64,000 nucleotides of DNA, taken from positions 96,001 through 160,000 of the forward strand of contig JBMFRC010000004.1 of assembly GCA_049968235.1 (NCBI GenBank). Direction: 5' to 3'. Shown piece after piece: positions 19,941 through 30,711 of this stretch. The position numbers were made by a program, and so were the translations under genes. How positions within the stretch are numbered: the stretch's first letter is position 1; each line of letters starts with the position of its first letter. This DNA comes from Candidatus Hydrogenedens sp. GTDB lineage: Bacteria; Hydrogenedentota; Hydrogenedentia; Hydrogenedentales; Hydrogenedentaceae. The notes under the pieces are model-generated. The model was not told the DNA's origin and searched no databases. It saw nothing but the letters and a program-made list of their open reading frames with translations.

Positions 19941-19955
19941 CTATATGCATCCACC

Positions 19956-22900
19956 TCAACTACGATAATATACTTTTATCGTCTTGATTTCAAATGGACT
20001 AACTGAAATTTTAATATTGTTATTCACCACATCTATAGAACTGATATTTTCTTCTAATAGATTACACTCATAGGCTTTTTTTACTCTAAACGGGAAAGAG
20101 AGGGTTACGGGACCTCTTGTTTTTCCTGCCTCATAGAAACGGATTATTATAGATTCGTCTAATTCACATTTTTTCACAGTCTCAATAATAACACTGGGAT
20201 TCTCAATCCGACATAAAGATAGATTTTCTTGTGTTGGTTCTTCTTTTGTATGATGAGTAACAATATCCATAGGAACATTTAATTCATAAGCGGAACGTAC
20301 AACGGATTTAACATTAAAGTCTCCTATATGAGGTAAAATGGCGTAAGTAAATTCATGGTTTCCCTGGTCTGCTTGCATATCCGGTGCCATAGGGGAACGA
20401 AGAAGTGTTAGAGAAATCCTTCCATCGCAGGCATCATGCCCATATTTACAATCATTCATCAATGCCACTCCATAGTCTGCTTCTGATACATCTACCCACT
20501 TATGAGCACAGACTTCAAATTTGGCTCTATCCCATGATGTGTTTTGGTGTAAGGGTCGAATTACATAGCCAAATTGAATTTCATTTTTAAATTCCTCAGC
20601 AAGAATATTAAAATAGAAACCTGTTTTTAATAGTGTATGTTTTTCATGCCAATCTACTTCTGTTTTAAAATCAATCCGTCGATTTTTTGAATAAAAGATA
20701 ATATTCTGAATAAGAGTTGACCTCTTTCCTATTTTATATTCTCTACGAATCACATGAATAAGAGGTCCATCTTCAACTATCTTTGAAGAAATGAGGTTTT
20801 CTTCATTCCGTATTTTATCTCTGTAATCCGAATTAATATCCCAGGCATCCCAGCAAACAGGAATATCTTCTGCTGTATATATAGAATTTAAGGAGTATCC
20901 TTCTTTTACGACTTCTCGGTTTGCTTCTTTGTCCCACAGGCTAATAATTCTACCCGCTTTATCAAATTTAACTTTATAAAAAGGCGTTTCTAATGTATCA
21001 TTGATATTGACAAATGGACTTGGCTTAATACTCTCCGTTTTTCTCAAAGCGATAGGAATAATGGTCATCGGTGGGACAGAAACGGAAATATACAGTCCTT
21101 CCTGAGTTTGTTGAGTTTCTAAACTATTACCATTTATATCAATAGCATCGTTATATTGCTTATTGGGGATGAAAACAGTATCACTTCTTTCCCAGGATAA
21201 AGAGTTGCAGATTAAACATCCTTTATCATCAGGGTCTGAATGAATTTTAGTCCCTAAAAAGTTAATAGTTTCTTCTTGAATATCTTTTAATTCCTTTTCT
21301 ATTTCCGCAAACTCTTTTTCTGCATCACGGTAAACTTCACGGATTGAACTACCGGGAAGTATATCGTGAAATTGATTTGTTAATAATTTTCTCCATAACA
21401 GTTCAATTTTTTGTGATGGATATTCTTTTCCATGTATGAATGCCAGAGAAGCCCAAATTTCTACATTCCGTAAAAGTATTTCTAATTTACGCATATATTT
21501 TTTTGTTTTTGCCTGCGTTGTATATGTGCCTCGATGAAGTTCCAGATATAGTTCCCCTACCCAATGAGGAATCTCATCTCCGATGTCTTCACGAAGTTTG
21601 GATAAGAATTCCGAAACATTTACGAAACTAACTTTGGGACAGCCTTCTAAATCTTTTAGTCGTTTGGCTATTTCAATCATTTCTATAGTAGTTCCCCCAC
21701 CTCCATCACCATATCCAATAGAACATAAGACTGCGTTCTGGATTTCTTTTTGTTGGACATAATCCCATGTTTCTTTAATAACGATAGGATTGGGAAAAGC
21801 ATTATAGCCATTGGTTCGGGTTGTTAAGAAATGTGTAAAAATACGAGAACCATCTATTCCCTGCCACCAAAATGTATCATACGGGAAGCGATTTGTATCA
21901 TTCCAATTTATTTTACTTGTAACAAAGTTTTTTATATTACATTTATTTAAGATTTGTGGCAGGGCAGAAGAATAACCGAAGACATCGGGTAACCATAATG
22001 TATCGGGGACATATCCGAAATATTTTTTTACCGCTTTTATTCCTTCCAGAAATTGTCGAACCAGTGATTCCCCTCCTGAAATATTACAATCCGCTTCAAC
22101 CCACATTCCACCGTTAGGTTCCCAGCGTCCTTCTTTTACTCTTTTTACTATTTTTCCTAAAAGTTCCGGATAATATTCTTCAATCATTTGATACAAAACA
22201 GGCTGTGACTGAATAAAACGGAATTCGGGATAAGTTTCCATAAGTAATAACATAGTTGAAAAAGTCCGAGCCGTCTTTCGTATCGTTTCTCGAACAGGCC
22301 AGAGCCATCCGATATCAATATGGGCGTGTCCAACGATACCTACAAAAGGCGTTGTGGTTCCATTTTGACACTTCATTAAAGAGTTAATTACCTTTTGAGC
22401 AGATTTTATAGCCGTTTCTAACTCCTCCTCCGTGTCCCAATGCATTGGAACAAGGTCTAATGCTTCGTTTGCCCCTTTTAATATTTTAGCGCGTCTCATA
22501 GAATTTTTATCGAGAATCTTCGCTGTTTGAAACAAAGCAAGTGCATCAAAATATAATTGTGTTACATAAATCCTCTCGTATAATAATTCACTTGCTTCTA
22601 ATTCAAGGGGAGGTTCACTCTCAGGTGCTTCTCCTACCGAATGTAAAGTTCTCAATCTAATATCATAGCCCTCAACACCGGGGAATGGATGTCCACAATA
22701 TGCCTCTACATAAATGTTGTATTGTTCTCCACCTCTTGAATAAGGATTTAATAATACTACGGGATGTTTTATATCCATCCCGGCATAGGGTTTCCCATTT
22801 ACAAACAACAATTTTTCTGCGATACTTTCATGTCTGTAATATATTCGATAGCCTCTATATTGTTTGGGTATTTCTATTTGCCCGCGAAACCAGACCGTCT

Positions 22901-23084
22901 CCCAATGCTTACCCCATTTTGAACCCACAGGAGCGGGTTTGTATTCAAGTTGTTCCGGAGGGGTTCTGTAATGCTCCATCGTTGCAGTTATTTCTAAATC
23001 AACTTCGCTTATTTTTCCATAACGCCATTTATTAATCACTTCAAGCCGATGTTGTAGTTTGTGTTCCACTTCTAATGGAAGCAT
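19956..23084 (-). CDS. GH38 family alpha-mannosidase
   Basis: 1042 aa; GH38 N-terminal metal-binding motif GHAHIDIGWLW (H-x-H-x-D-x-G-W); overall length and architecture typical of bacterial GH38. Confidence 0.8.
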   Translation of the reverse strand: MLPLEVEHKLQHRLEVINKWRYGKISEVDLEITATMEHYRTPPEQLEYKPAPVGSKWGKHWETVWFRGQIEIPKQYRGYRIYYRHESIAEKLLFVNGKPYAGMDIKHPVVLLNPYSRGGEQYNIYVEAYCGHPFPGVEGYDIRLRTLHSVGEAPESEPPLELEASELLYERIYVTQLYFDALALFQTAKILDKNSMRRAKILKGANEALDLVPMHWDTEEELETAIKSAQKVINSLMKCQNGTTTPFVGIVGHAHIDIGWLWPVRETIRKTARTFSTMLLLMETYPEFRFIQSQPVLYQMIEEYYPELLGKIVKRVKEGRWEPNGGMWVEADCNISGGESLVRQFLEGIKAVKKYFGYVPDTLWLPDVFGYSSALPQILNKCNIKNFVTSKINWNDTNRFPYDTFWWQGIDGSRIFTHFLTTRTNGYNAFPNPIVIKETWDYVQQKEIQNAVLCSIGYGDGGGGTTIEMIEIAKRLKDLEGCPKVSFVNVSEFLSKLREDIGDEIPHWVGELYLELHRGTYTTQAKTKKYMRKLEILLRNVEIWASLAFIHGKEYPSQKIELLWRKLLTNQFHDILPGSSIREVYRDAEKEFAEIEKELKDIQEETINFLGTKIHSDPDDKGCLICNSLSWERSDTVFIPNKQYNDAIDINGNSLETQQTQEGLYISVSVPPMTIIPIALRKTESIKPSPFVNINDTLETPFYKVKFDKAGRIISLWDKEANREVVKEGYSLNSIYTAEDIPVCWDAWDINSDYRDKIRNEENLISSKIVEDGPLIHVIRREYKIGKRSTLIQNIIFYSKNRRIDFKTEVDWHEKHTLLKTGFYFNILAEEFKNEIQFGYVIRPLHQNTSWDRAKFEVCAHKWVDVSEADYGVALMNDCKYGHDACDGRISLTLLRSPMAPDMQADQGNHEFTYAILPHIGDFNVKSVVRSAYELNVPMDIVTHHTKEEPTQENLSLCRIENPSVIIETVKKCELDESIIIRFYEAGKTRGPVTLSFPFRVKKAYECNLLEENISSIDVVNNNIKISVSPFEIKTIKVYYRS

Positions 23085-23167
23085 CTTATTTTTCCTTTCT
23101 GTTTTATATATTTAAAAAAATACTACCTTTTATAATAAAGTTTGTATGTATTACTTTTGTTATAAGG

Positions 23168-23734
23168 TTACCTTTGATAAGTGCCCATATATTCTGATGT
23201 AGAAAGAATATGCCCTTCCATTGCCTTTAATAATTCTGACTTTTTTACACCTGCGGGCAAGTCTAATAACATATCCAGAGCATATAATTTAAAGTAATAT
23301 CTATGGGGTTTGCCAGGAGGTGGGGCAGGTCCATTATAACCAATTTTACGAAAATCGTTTATTCCCTGCTTGGCACCATCAGGAAGGGTATTTTGTTTTG
23401 GAACTCCTTCAGGAAGTCCTTTTGCGGAAGCAGGAATATTAAAAATAACCCAATGAACCCATGTTCCAACAGGAGCATCCGGGTCGTCTGAAATTAGAGC
23501 AAATGATTTTGTTCCCTCAGGAACCCCATCCCAGATTAAAGGCGGAGAAACATCAATCCCGTCTCCTGTATATTTTTTGGGGATGGGAGATCCCATCTTA
23601 AATGCTGAACTTGTAATAGTTAAATGAGAGGTTGCCATATCTGCATTTCCTATGTTTCTAATATCTTCACTCCATAAATAAAAGGTGCATATAAATAATA
23701 TAAAGGCAAAACAAAGAAAGCATTGCTTTTTCAT
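23168..23734 (-). CDS. YbhB/YbcL family (PEBP / Raf-kinase-inhibitor-like) protein with signal peptide
   Basis: DDPDAPVGTWVHWVIFNIP and HRYYFKLYALD motifs characteristic of bacterial PEBP family. Confidence 0.75.
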   Translation of the reverse strand: MKKQCFLCFAFILFICTFYLWSEDIRNIGNADMATSHLTITSSAFKMGSPIPKKYTGDGIDVSPPLIWDGVPEGTKSFALISDDPDAPVGTWVHWVIFNIPASAKGLPEGVPKQNTLPDGAKQGINDFRKIGYNGPAPPPGKPHRYYFKLYALDMLLDLPAGVKKSELLKAMEGHILSTSEYMGTYQR

Positions 23735-23823
23735 ATTATTAAAACCTTACTTTATAAATAAATTATAAATCAATTATTAAATAAAAGTAAATACATTCTA
23801 ACATTATTAGAGCATGAGCTTTC

Positions 23824-26577
23824 TTATTTTTTAATACGAATTGTCTCACCGACTTGAAGGACTTTTTTTTCATCGAAATTATTAATCTCCATAAGTTCCT
23901 TCAAAGAGACGCCTACTTTTTTAGAAATTATATATAAAGAATCGCCCTTTTGAACAGTGTAAACATCTGTTTTAGACTGTTTGTTATTTTCCTCTGGAAT
24001 AACTTTTGTTTTTTCCGTGGTAGTTAGGGTAGATACTTGTATCCTATTTTTATTATCTTTATCTTTGTTTTGTTTTGCTACCTGTTGTATTTTTAGTTCT
24101 TGTCCAATTTTTAACTGTTTTGATGCATCTAAATTATTCCATTGCATAAGTTCATTAACAGTAATGTTATTCTTTCGTGCTATTAACCATAAATTATCTC
24201 CCGCTTGGACACGATATATGATAGTATTTTGGGAAGAACTATCCTCTTTCTTAGGCACTTTTTCTTGCGATATTTGGAAAGAACTATTCTCTTTTATAGA
24301 TGGTTTTTCTTGTGATATTTGGGGAATATTTCTTTTATCATTCGTTATTTCCGGTGATAAAATGATTTTTTGTCCTATTTGTAAATTTGAGTTTTCATTC
24401 AGGTTGTTTAACTCCATAATATTTTTTATATTTGTATTATTTTCTTTTGCTATCTTAGAAAGTGTATCCCCTTGCTTTATAATGTATATTGCCTGTCCTT
24501 GAGGCTTTTTCTCGTGAGGTTGGACATTATCGTTTATTTCAGGGTCATATAAATATATTTTTTGTCCTATTTGTAGAGAGAATTTATCATCCAGATTGTT
24601 CCATTGTTTTAATTTATTTATATCTACCTTATAAAAAGAGGCAATTTTCCCAACTGTATCTCCCTTTTGAACTTCATGCACTTTGTTTTCATTTTTTACT
24701 ATTGTAATCTCATTATTTTTGGGGATATCGGTGGAAATAGTTGTTGGCTTTGTCTCTGTTGTTTCTTTAATTGTTTCTTTTCCGACAAGGAGTCTTTGTC
24801 CTATATACAATATTGACTTTGAAGAAAGGTGGTTCATCTCCATAATTTTTTCAGGTTTTGTTGAGTATATTTTGGCAATTCCATTAATAGTATCTCCTGA
24901 TTTTACTACATGATAAATATCTTTCGTTTGCACTTTTTCTTCTTTCTGGAGAATAGGTTGGGATATTTCAACATTTTTTGAAGGGACTGGTTTTAAGGAT
25001 ATTTTATCGCCCACTTTTAATCTCTGGTCATTTTTCATGTTATTCCATACAGCAAGGTCTTCTACTTCAATTCCATATTTTTTACCGATAGCAAATAAAG
25101 TTTCTCCTTTTTTAACCAGATGGTAATCTTCTGATTGTTGTTCAGTCTCTCTTTTTGTCTCATTTTTGGCAAAACTGAAATGTTCCCTTTTAGAAAGAGG
25201 AACCTGTATTTCCATGCCGGGTTTTACAGATTTCACACTATTTAATCCGTTTACTTTTAACAATTCATTGACAGGAATGTCATATTTTTTTGCAATATGA
25301 TAAGCAGTTTCGCCTTTCTTAACTGTGTATGCAACCACTTCCGCTTGTTTAATAGATGGATTGTTTAATATGGCTGATAGTTTTGTGCCATCCCCAGCGG
25401 GCAACATTAATTTACATCCTGTCGGTGGAGTTGTTCCACGAACTAAAAATGGATTCCATGTAGAAAGTGTTCCGGGTGTATAACCCATTGCTTTATCTAA
25501 TGCATCTAGAGCATACATCCCTCGTATTTCTACTTCATCCCATTTAATAGGTTGATAGGGGGAGGGTGAAAAGCCATAAGGGACAGGGTCGTTACAAATA
25601 AGTATATAAGCAAGGAAGCGTGGAAGATATTTTTTTGTTTCATCTTTAATTTCGTAAGAGGCAGGAGGGGTCTCGATAAGTTTCCAGAAATTTCTATCGC
25701 CTCCATTGGCTTCAATTTTACGCATTAATGCTCCTTCGCCCATATTGTAAGCACTTATAGCCAGTTCCCAATTCCCTTTAAAGAAGTTATGAAGATTAAT
25801 TAAATACTCGATAGCGCAAGAAGTTGCTATAACCCAATTATACCTTTCATCAATATAAGAGTTTATTCGCATATTGTAGTGTTCTCCGGTTGAACGAATA
25901 AATTGCCACATACCCGCAGCACCCACAGAAGAGTATGCTTTTAGTTTATACATGCTTTCTACCATTGCTAACCAGCATAATTCTTGAGGTAAGCCTGCTT
26001 TTTTTAGGGATTCTCTTATATAGGGGACATAATACCCACTTCGGTGTAAACCCTCCTGAAAACGGTCGGGATACCTTGTCTGGGCATCTTCTATTTCGTA
26101 TAGAACTTTTTCCGGAACAGGAAATGGAATAGTAATAGAACTATAAGGAGGAGAGCCTTTCAGTCCTTCTATTATTTTATATGTATTAAGGGATTCAAGA
26201 TTTATTTTTCTCTCTGCTTCGGGGAGCATGTCCTTTTCCCATGATTCCAAATCGCTGAAGATACCGGGAACAATACCACCGCTAATTAGTGTCCTTCGGG
26301 CAGTTAAATACTTTTCTTGTGCTGTTTTTTTATCCCCTTTCTGGAGTGCCTTCTGTGCTTCTTCAAAATAAGCATTGGCTATCCTAATAGCCTGAATGGG
26401 AGAGGCTGTTGCCACAGGGGGTAATTCCTGAGATGGGATTTCCGGAGGAGGTGCAGGTCTAAAATGTATAGGTTTTAGATTATGTTCTTTTGCACATCCT
26501 GATAATAAATTTATAATGATAGATATACAAATCAAACCTGCAAGGGAAATCGAATAGTATAATTTTTTTCTATTCAT
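23824..26577 (-). CDS. membrane-bound lytic murein transglycosylase D-like lipoprotein with 7 C-terminal LysM domains
   Basis: Lipobox LLSGC; SLT domain with catalytic region AMVESMYKLKAYSSVGAAGMWQF; seven repeats of Y/H-x-V-x-x-G-D/E-T/S...I-A-x-K...L-x-x-x-N...L-x-x-G-Q. Confidence 0.8.
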   Translation of the reverse strand: MNRKKLYYSISLAGLICISIIINLLSGCAKEHNLKPIHFRPAPPPEIPSQELPPVATASPIQAIRIANAYFEEAQKALQKGDKKTAQEKYLTARRTLISGGIVPGIFSDLESWEKDMLPEAERKINLESLNTYKIIEGLKGSPPYSSITIPFPVPEKVLYEIEDAQTRYPDRFQEGLHRSGYYVPYIRESLKKAGLPQELCWLAMVESMYKLKAYSSVGAAGMWQFIRSTGEHYNMRINSYIDERYNWVIATSCAIEYLINLHNFFKGNWELAISAYNMGEGALMRKIEANGGDRNFWKLIETPPASYEIKDETKKYLPRFLAYILICNDPVPYGFSPSPYQPIKWDEVEIRGMYALDALDKAMGYTPGTLSTWNPFLVRGTTPPTGCKLMLPAGDGTKLSAILNNPSIKQAEVVAYTVKKGETAYHIAKKYDIPVNELLKVNGLNSVKSVKPGMEIQVPLSKREHFSFAKNETKRETEQQSEDYHLVKKGETLFAIGKKYGIEVEDLAVWNNMKNDQRLKVGDKISLKPVPSKNVEISQPILQKEEKVQTKDIYHVVKSGDTINGIAKIYSTKPEKIMEMNHLSSKSILYIGQRLLVGKETIKETTETKPTTISTDIPKNNEITIVKNENKVHEVQKGDTVGKIASFYKVDINKLKQWNNLDDKFSLQIGQKIYLYDPEINDNVQPHEKKPQGQAIYIIKQGDTLSKIAKENNTNIKNIMELNNLNENSNLQIGQKIILSPEITNDKRNIPQISQEKPSIKENSSFQISQEKVPKKEDSSSQNTIIYRVQAGDNLWLIARKNNITVNELMQWNNLDASKQLKIGQELKIQQVAKQNKDKDNKNRIQVSTLTTTEKTKVIPEENNKQSKTDVYTVQKGDSLYIISKKVGVSLKELMEINNFDEKKVLQVGETIRIKK

Positions 26578-26674
26578 AAGCCTGAGTTATAAATTTGTTT
26601 TTTATTTTTATATAACTATAACACAACTAATAGGGTCAGAAAAAATGATAATACAATTAGTAGTTCTTCTTTGG

Positions 26675-28525
26675 TTAAAAATTCAGACTTGTTTCTACAA
26701 TTTTTCTAAGGTCTTCAAATTGAAATGGCTTTTCCAGGCATAGACTTTTCACTTTTTGCAAGAATTTTTGTGTGGATAGATTCATGTTATCAGCAGTTAT
26801 CAATATTACTTTATTGGGTGGATATTTTCTTTCTTTTATTATGTAGTCATATAATTGATAACCTGTCAGGGAACCTGGAAGTTGAATATCGAGGATAATT
26901 GCATCAAAATTTTGTTGTTTCAACTTTTGGACTGCTTCATCTGTAGAGTAAGCACTGGAAATATCTATGCCTAACTCTTTTAGAGAGATTATAATAAGTT
27001 GCTGTAAATCTCTTTCATCTTCAACAATAAGTAACTGGTATTTTTTGACTTGTGTAGAAACTTCCTGTATATTATTTTCATCCGTATCTTCTTGATATAT
27101 GGGAATATTTAATATAAAATTTGCACCTCCTAAATCACTTGTTTTAACCTGAATTGTTCCACCGATGGATTCAATTACTGCTTTTGCAAGAGTTAGTCCC
27201 AGACCTAATGTTTTTGAACTGTCATCTGTAGTAAAAAAAGGTTCAAATATTTTTCTTTTCATTTCTTCAGGAATTCCCGGTCCATCATCCATTATAGAAA
27301 TAACAACATTGTTTTCGTTAATACTCATGTCGACAATAACTTCGTTTTCTGCGTATTTAACTGCATTGTTTATGATAGAGATAAGAGACTGTGCAAATTG
27401 TTGAGGAATACAATAAATATATACAGCAGGACCTGGAAAACGAAACGCAACGTTTTTAGGACATTTTGCAGAATATACAGGAAGGACCATAGAACGAATT
27501 AAAGCATTTACTTCAACTTTGATAACCCCTTCATGGGATATACCTTTATATTCGTAAATTTGATTTATAATAGAACGGCATTTTTCACAGTTTTTCTGTA
27601 GTTTTTCAATAACAGTTCTTAGAAGAGGCTCTTGTATATTACTGGCAAGAATTTCTATAGCACCGGCTATAACAGTTAAAGGATTTTTTAGGTGTCGTGC
27701 CAGAGTTATTGATAATTGAGAGGCTACAGAATCCTGTTGCGTAAACATCAGATATTTTTCTACATTTTTTTCCATCCGTCTTTGTTCAGTTATATTATCA
27801 ATGGTACTTAAAATGGCTTTAACTCTTTTTTGCTCGTCGAAGAGAGGTGCAATGACAATTACTAACCAAACGGGACCTGATTCTGTTTCTAAACTTACTT
27901 CTTCTACAAATGTTTTTCTTTCTTTTAGTGCTTTCTCACAGATACATTCTCTTAGATTTTTTTTCTTTTTCATTATGTAGCAACAGAATCGTTCGTTCGT
28001 ATCAATGTGTTTTACAGGGTCAGGAAGGTCGTCCCAGTTTATAGAATATAATACTTTCTTTTGGGAATCAATGATTTGGCTTACTAATGGGATATAAGGC
28101 AGTAAATATTCTCCAAGATACATTAGAATATCGTTCATAGAAAAATGAGCAGAAAGTTCGGGTTCTATAAATAGTATTAATTCTTTTTTTTGTTGTTCCT
28201 CATCAAAAATGAAATTAGCTGTGAAATTTGCTGGAATTAGTGTGCCTTCATCACTTTTAATTCCACCCTTAAAAATAAAAGGTCCAATCAGGCTTCTGTG
28301 TTTTAATATTCGTTTTATTTCTTTACTTGCTTTATCATCACAGAACAAAAAAAATGATTTGTTTACCAACTCTTCTTCATACTTTTTAACTATTTTGGGG
28401 AAGTACTTGTTCGTTTCAAATATATTTCCATTACTATCCAATACGACCAAAGGTTTTTCGCAATAATCTATTAGTAAACTCATTTTTCTTCGTAATAAGG
28501 AATTTGATGAGTCGTCCATAATCAA
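26675..28525 (-). CDS. hybrid sensor histidine kinase / response regulator (PAS-like N-terminus, HisKA, HATPase_c, C-terminal receiver)
   Basis: H-box LARHLKNPLTVI; G-box DDGPGIPEE...GLGLTLAK; receiver LLIVEDERDL...DAIILDIQLPG. Confidence 0.8.
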   Translation of the reverse strand: MIMDDSSNSLLRRKMSLLIDYCEKPLVVLDSNGNIFETNKYFPKIVKKYEEELVNKSFFLFCDDKASKEIKRILKHRSLIGPFIFKGGIKSDEGTLIPANFTANFIFDEEQQKKELILFIEPELSAHFSMNDILMYLGEYLLPYIPLVSQIIDSQKKVLYSINWDDLPDPVKHIDTNERFCCYIMKKKKNLRECICEKALKERKTFVEEVSLETESGPVWLVIVIAPLFDEQKRVKAILSTIDNITEQRRMEKNVEKYLMFTQQDSVASQLSITLARHLKNPLTVIAGAIEILASNIQEPLLRTVIEKLQKNCEKCRSIINQIYEYKGISHEGVIKVEVNALIRSMVLPVYSAKCPKNVAFRFPGPAVYIYCIPQQFAQSLISIINNAVKYAENEVIVDMSINENNVVISIMDDGPGIPEEMKRKIFEPFFTTDDSSKTLGLGLTLAKAVIESIGGTIQVKTSDLGGANFILNIPIYQEDTDENNIQEVSTQVKKYQLLIVEDERDLQQLIIISLKELGIDISSAYSTDEAVQKLKQQNFDAIILDIQLPGSLTGYQLYDYIIKERKYPPNKVILITADNMNLSTQKFLQKVKSLCLEKPFQFEDLRKIVETSLNF

Positions 28526-28649
28526 ACCTTATGTTTATTATCTGATTAGGTTAAGAAAAGAGTTATAAGTACTTCGTTGTTTTGATTTAACTTGCCTATT
28601 CCAAATTTTAGTGTACTCACTTGTTTGTTAATACCATCAATTCGAAGTC

Positions 28650-30512
28650 TTAATTTGTTTTTAAATCACTCTGTATCATATTAGCACTATCGGGAATAGA
28701 ATTCAACAAAGCATTATTTTCAAGGGGTAGGTGAAGAAGAAATAAGGGAGTATTTTTTAAGGTAGGTACATAAGTATCTGTTGTCCACTTTTTCAATCCT
28801 AATCGCACTTGTTTTCCTGCAACTCCATCTACAGGTAAGCCCATTTCTTTCTGCAAATTTTTTACTGCTTTTTGTGTTTCCTCGTCAAATTTATCTGTGT
28901 TGTTATTTTTAGATAACCATCCCCCTTTTTGTAGAAGTGTTTTCAATTGGGCAACAGTGTCTCCAGAAGAACCTATTGATAATGATTTAACTCTGGAGTC
29001 ATCATCTTTCCAAGGTATAACAGTAAGGTTTGTAAAAATAGCACGAAATTGGTCTTTGGGGACTTCTACTAATCTTTGTGAACCTAAAAATAAGACAATT
29101 TTATCTCCCCTTTCCTGAACAAGAGCACACCAGAATTCTTTTTCATTCTGTTTTATATATACCATTGCAGGCAATCCAATTGTTAAAAATTGCGAGACAG
29201 TTGTTTGTAATATTTCTGCGGATAAGCCATTTTCATTAAAAAATCGCACCAATCCTTGCGGAGAGTTATCGTCGGGTTGGCTTTTTACTTGAGCCATGTT
29301 CCACATTCGTAATAAGAGTAAGGCTCCATCTACACGACTCTTTTCTACATCTGGATTCAGTTCTTCTATAGATGGTATTGTGTCTTTTTCTTTTTGGGGC
29401 ATCTCTTCAAAAAATCGTTTCCATAAACCTTCAATGAGTTTTGCGGAAAATTCCGGATTAATATCATTTGCCGGATTTTTACTAACGGCTTCCACTTGTG
29501 ATGTAAAATTTGGATTTGTGTTAGAACTTTGAGAATGCGGAGAAAAGATATCATTAAAGTTTCTTAATTCTTGAGCCATTTCATTTATAGGGATATACCA
29601 TATACGAAGAGCAATCAGGATTAAAGCAATTCCAACAATTAATGACGGGCTTGGGATAAGTTTTTTCCAGTCTTTTTTTCTTATTGGGGTGGGTTGTGGA
29701 TTTTCGAGTTGTCCATGGAGTTCTTTCAATGCCTGTTTTACAATATATTGGTCTATTACTTTCTTTTCTCGTGTATAACCAACCAGCAAAGCCCTGTCAC
29801 AGATAGAATTTATAAGGCGGGGAATACCTTTACTATGTTTATAAATCAATTTATATGCTTTTGGAGCAAATTGAATCCGCTTTTTTCCCCCTGCAATATG
29901 AATTCGATAGGCAATATATTGCCGTGTTTCTTGTTCATCCAGAGCATTTAAATGATAGCGGGCTGTTATTCGTTGATTTAACTGCCTTAATTCATGTAGT
30001 TTAAGACGGTCCAACAATTCGGGTTGCCCAATCAGAACAATTTGTAATAGTTTTTCCTTTTCTGTTTCTAAATTTGATAATAACCGTATTTGTTCAAGAA
30101 CAGAAGGGGTCAGGTTTTGTGCTTCATCAATAACCAGGACACAGTTTTTTTGTTGTCGTGATTTAGATAAAAGGAATTCATTTAACTGGTCGGTTAAATC
30201 GAGTAAAGTATCTGCCTTTGTCTGGACTCCGAATTCAGTAAGAATTCTCTTTAATAATTCCACAGGATTAAGGCAGGGATTGAAAATAAAAGCGAGTTCT
30301 GTATCGGGGTCAAGTTGAGATAAAAGTGCACGGCAGATAGTTGTTTTTCCTGTTCCAATTTCCCCTGTTACCATAATAAAACCCATTCTATTTTTTATTC
30401 CAAACAATAGATGAGCAAAAGCCTCTTTGTGCTTTTCACTCAAAAAGAGGTATTTGGGGTCTGGTGTAAGACTAAATGGTTTTTCTTTTAATCCGTAAAA
30501 AGATTCATACAT
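28650..30512 (-). CDS. ExeA/GspA-like AAA ATPase with C-terminal peptidoglycan-binding domain
   Basis: N-terminal FYGLKEKPFSLTPDPKYLF...MVTGEIGTGKTT (ExeA-type AAA_22); central TM; C-terminal PG_binding_1-like GDTVAQLKTLLQKGGWL...DGVAGKQ. Confidence 0.7.
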   Translation of the reverse strand: MYESFYGLKEKPFSLTPDPKYLFLSEKHKEAFAHLLFGIKNRMGFIMVTGEIGTGKTTICRALLSQLDPDTELAFIFNPCLNPVELLKRILTEFGVQTKADTLLDLTDQLNEFLLSKSRQQKNCVLVIDEAQNLTPSVLEQIRLLSNLETEKEKLLQIVLIGQPELLDRLKLHELRQLNQRITARYHLNALDEQETRQYIAYRIHIAGGKKRIQFAPKAYKLIYKHSKGIPRLINSICDRALLVGYTREKKVIDQYIVKQALKELHGQLENPQPTPIRKKDWKKLIPSPSLIVGIALILIALRIWYIPINEMAQELRNFNDIFSPHSQSSNTNPNFTSQVEAVSKNPANDINPEFSAKLIEGLWKRFFEEMPQKEKDTIPSIEELNPDVEKSRVDGALLLLRMWNMAQVKSQPDDNSPQGLVRFFNENGLSAEILQTTVSQFLTIGLPAMVYIKQNEKEFWCALVQERGDKIVLFLGSQRLVEVPKDQFRAIFTNLTVIPWKDDDSRVKSLSIGSSGDTVAQLKTLLQKGGWLSKNNNTDKFDEETQKAVKNLQKEMGLPVDGVAGKQVRLGLKKWTTDTYVPTLKNTPLFLLHLPLENNALLNSIPDSANMIQSDLKTN

Positions 30513-30711
30513 ATTAAATATAACGGTTGTTTTTTTGGGAATATTTATTTCTTCTATATTTTACCGATTTTCAATAGCAAATAGAAAACGACTATTATAT
30601 AGGATTATAAATTTGCTATAATATACATTAATATTACTCTTTTAGTCTATAAGACGGTGAAGAGTTTTTTAAAATCTAATTTAACCTATAATTGTTTTGG
30701 AGGTTATATCT

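Noticed and set aside
23981-24913. Series of plus-strand ORFs (173, 72 and 76 aa)
   Set aside because: They are antisense to the LysM-repeat region of the MltD-like gene. The repetitive coding DNA generates open antisense frames, and they have no RBS or conservation signals.
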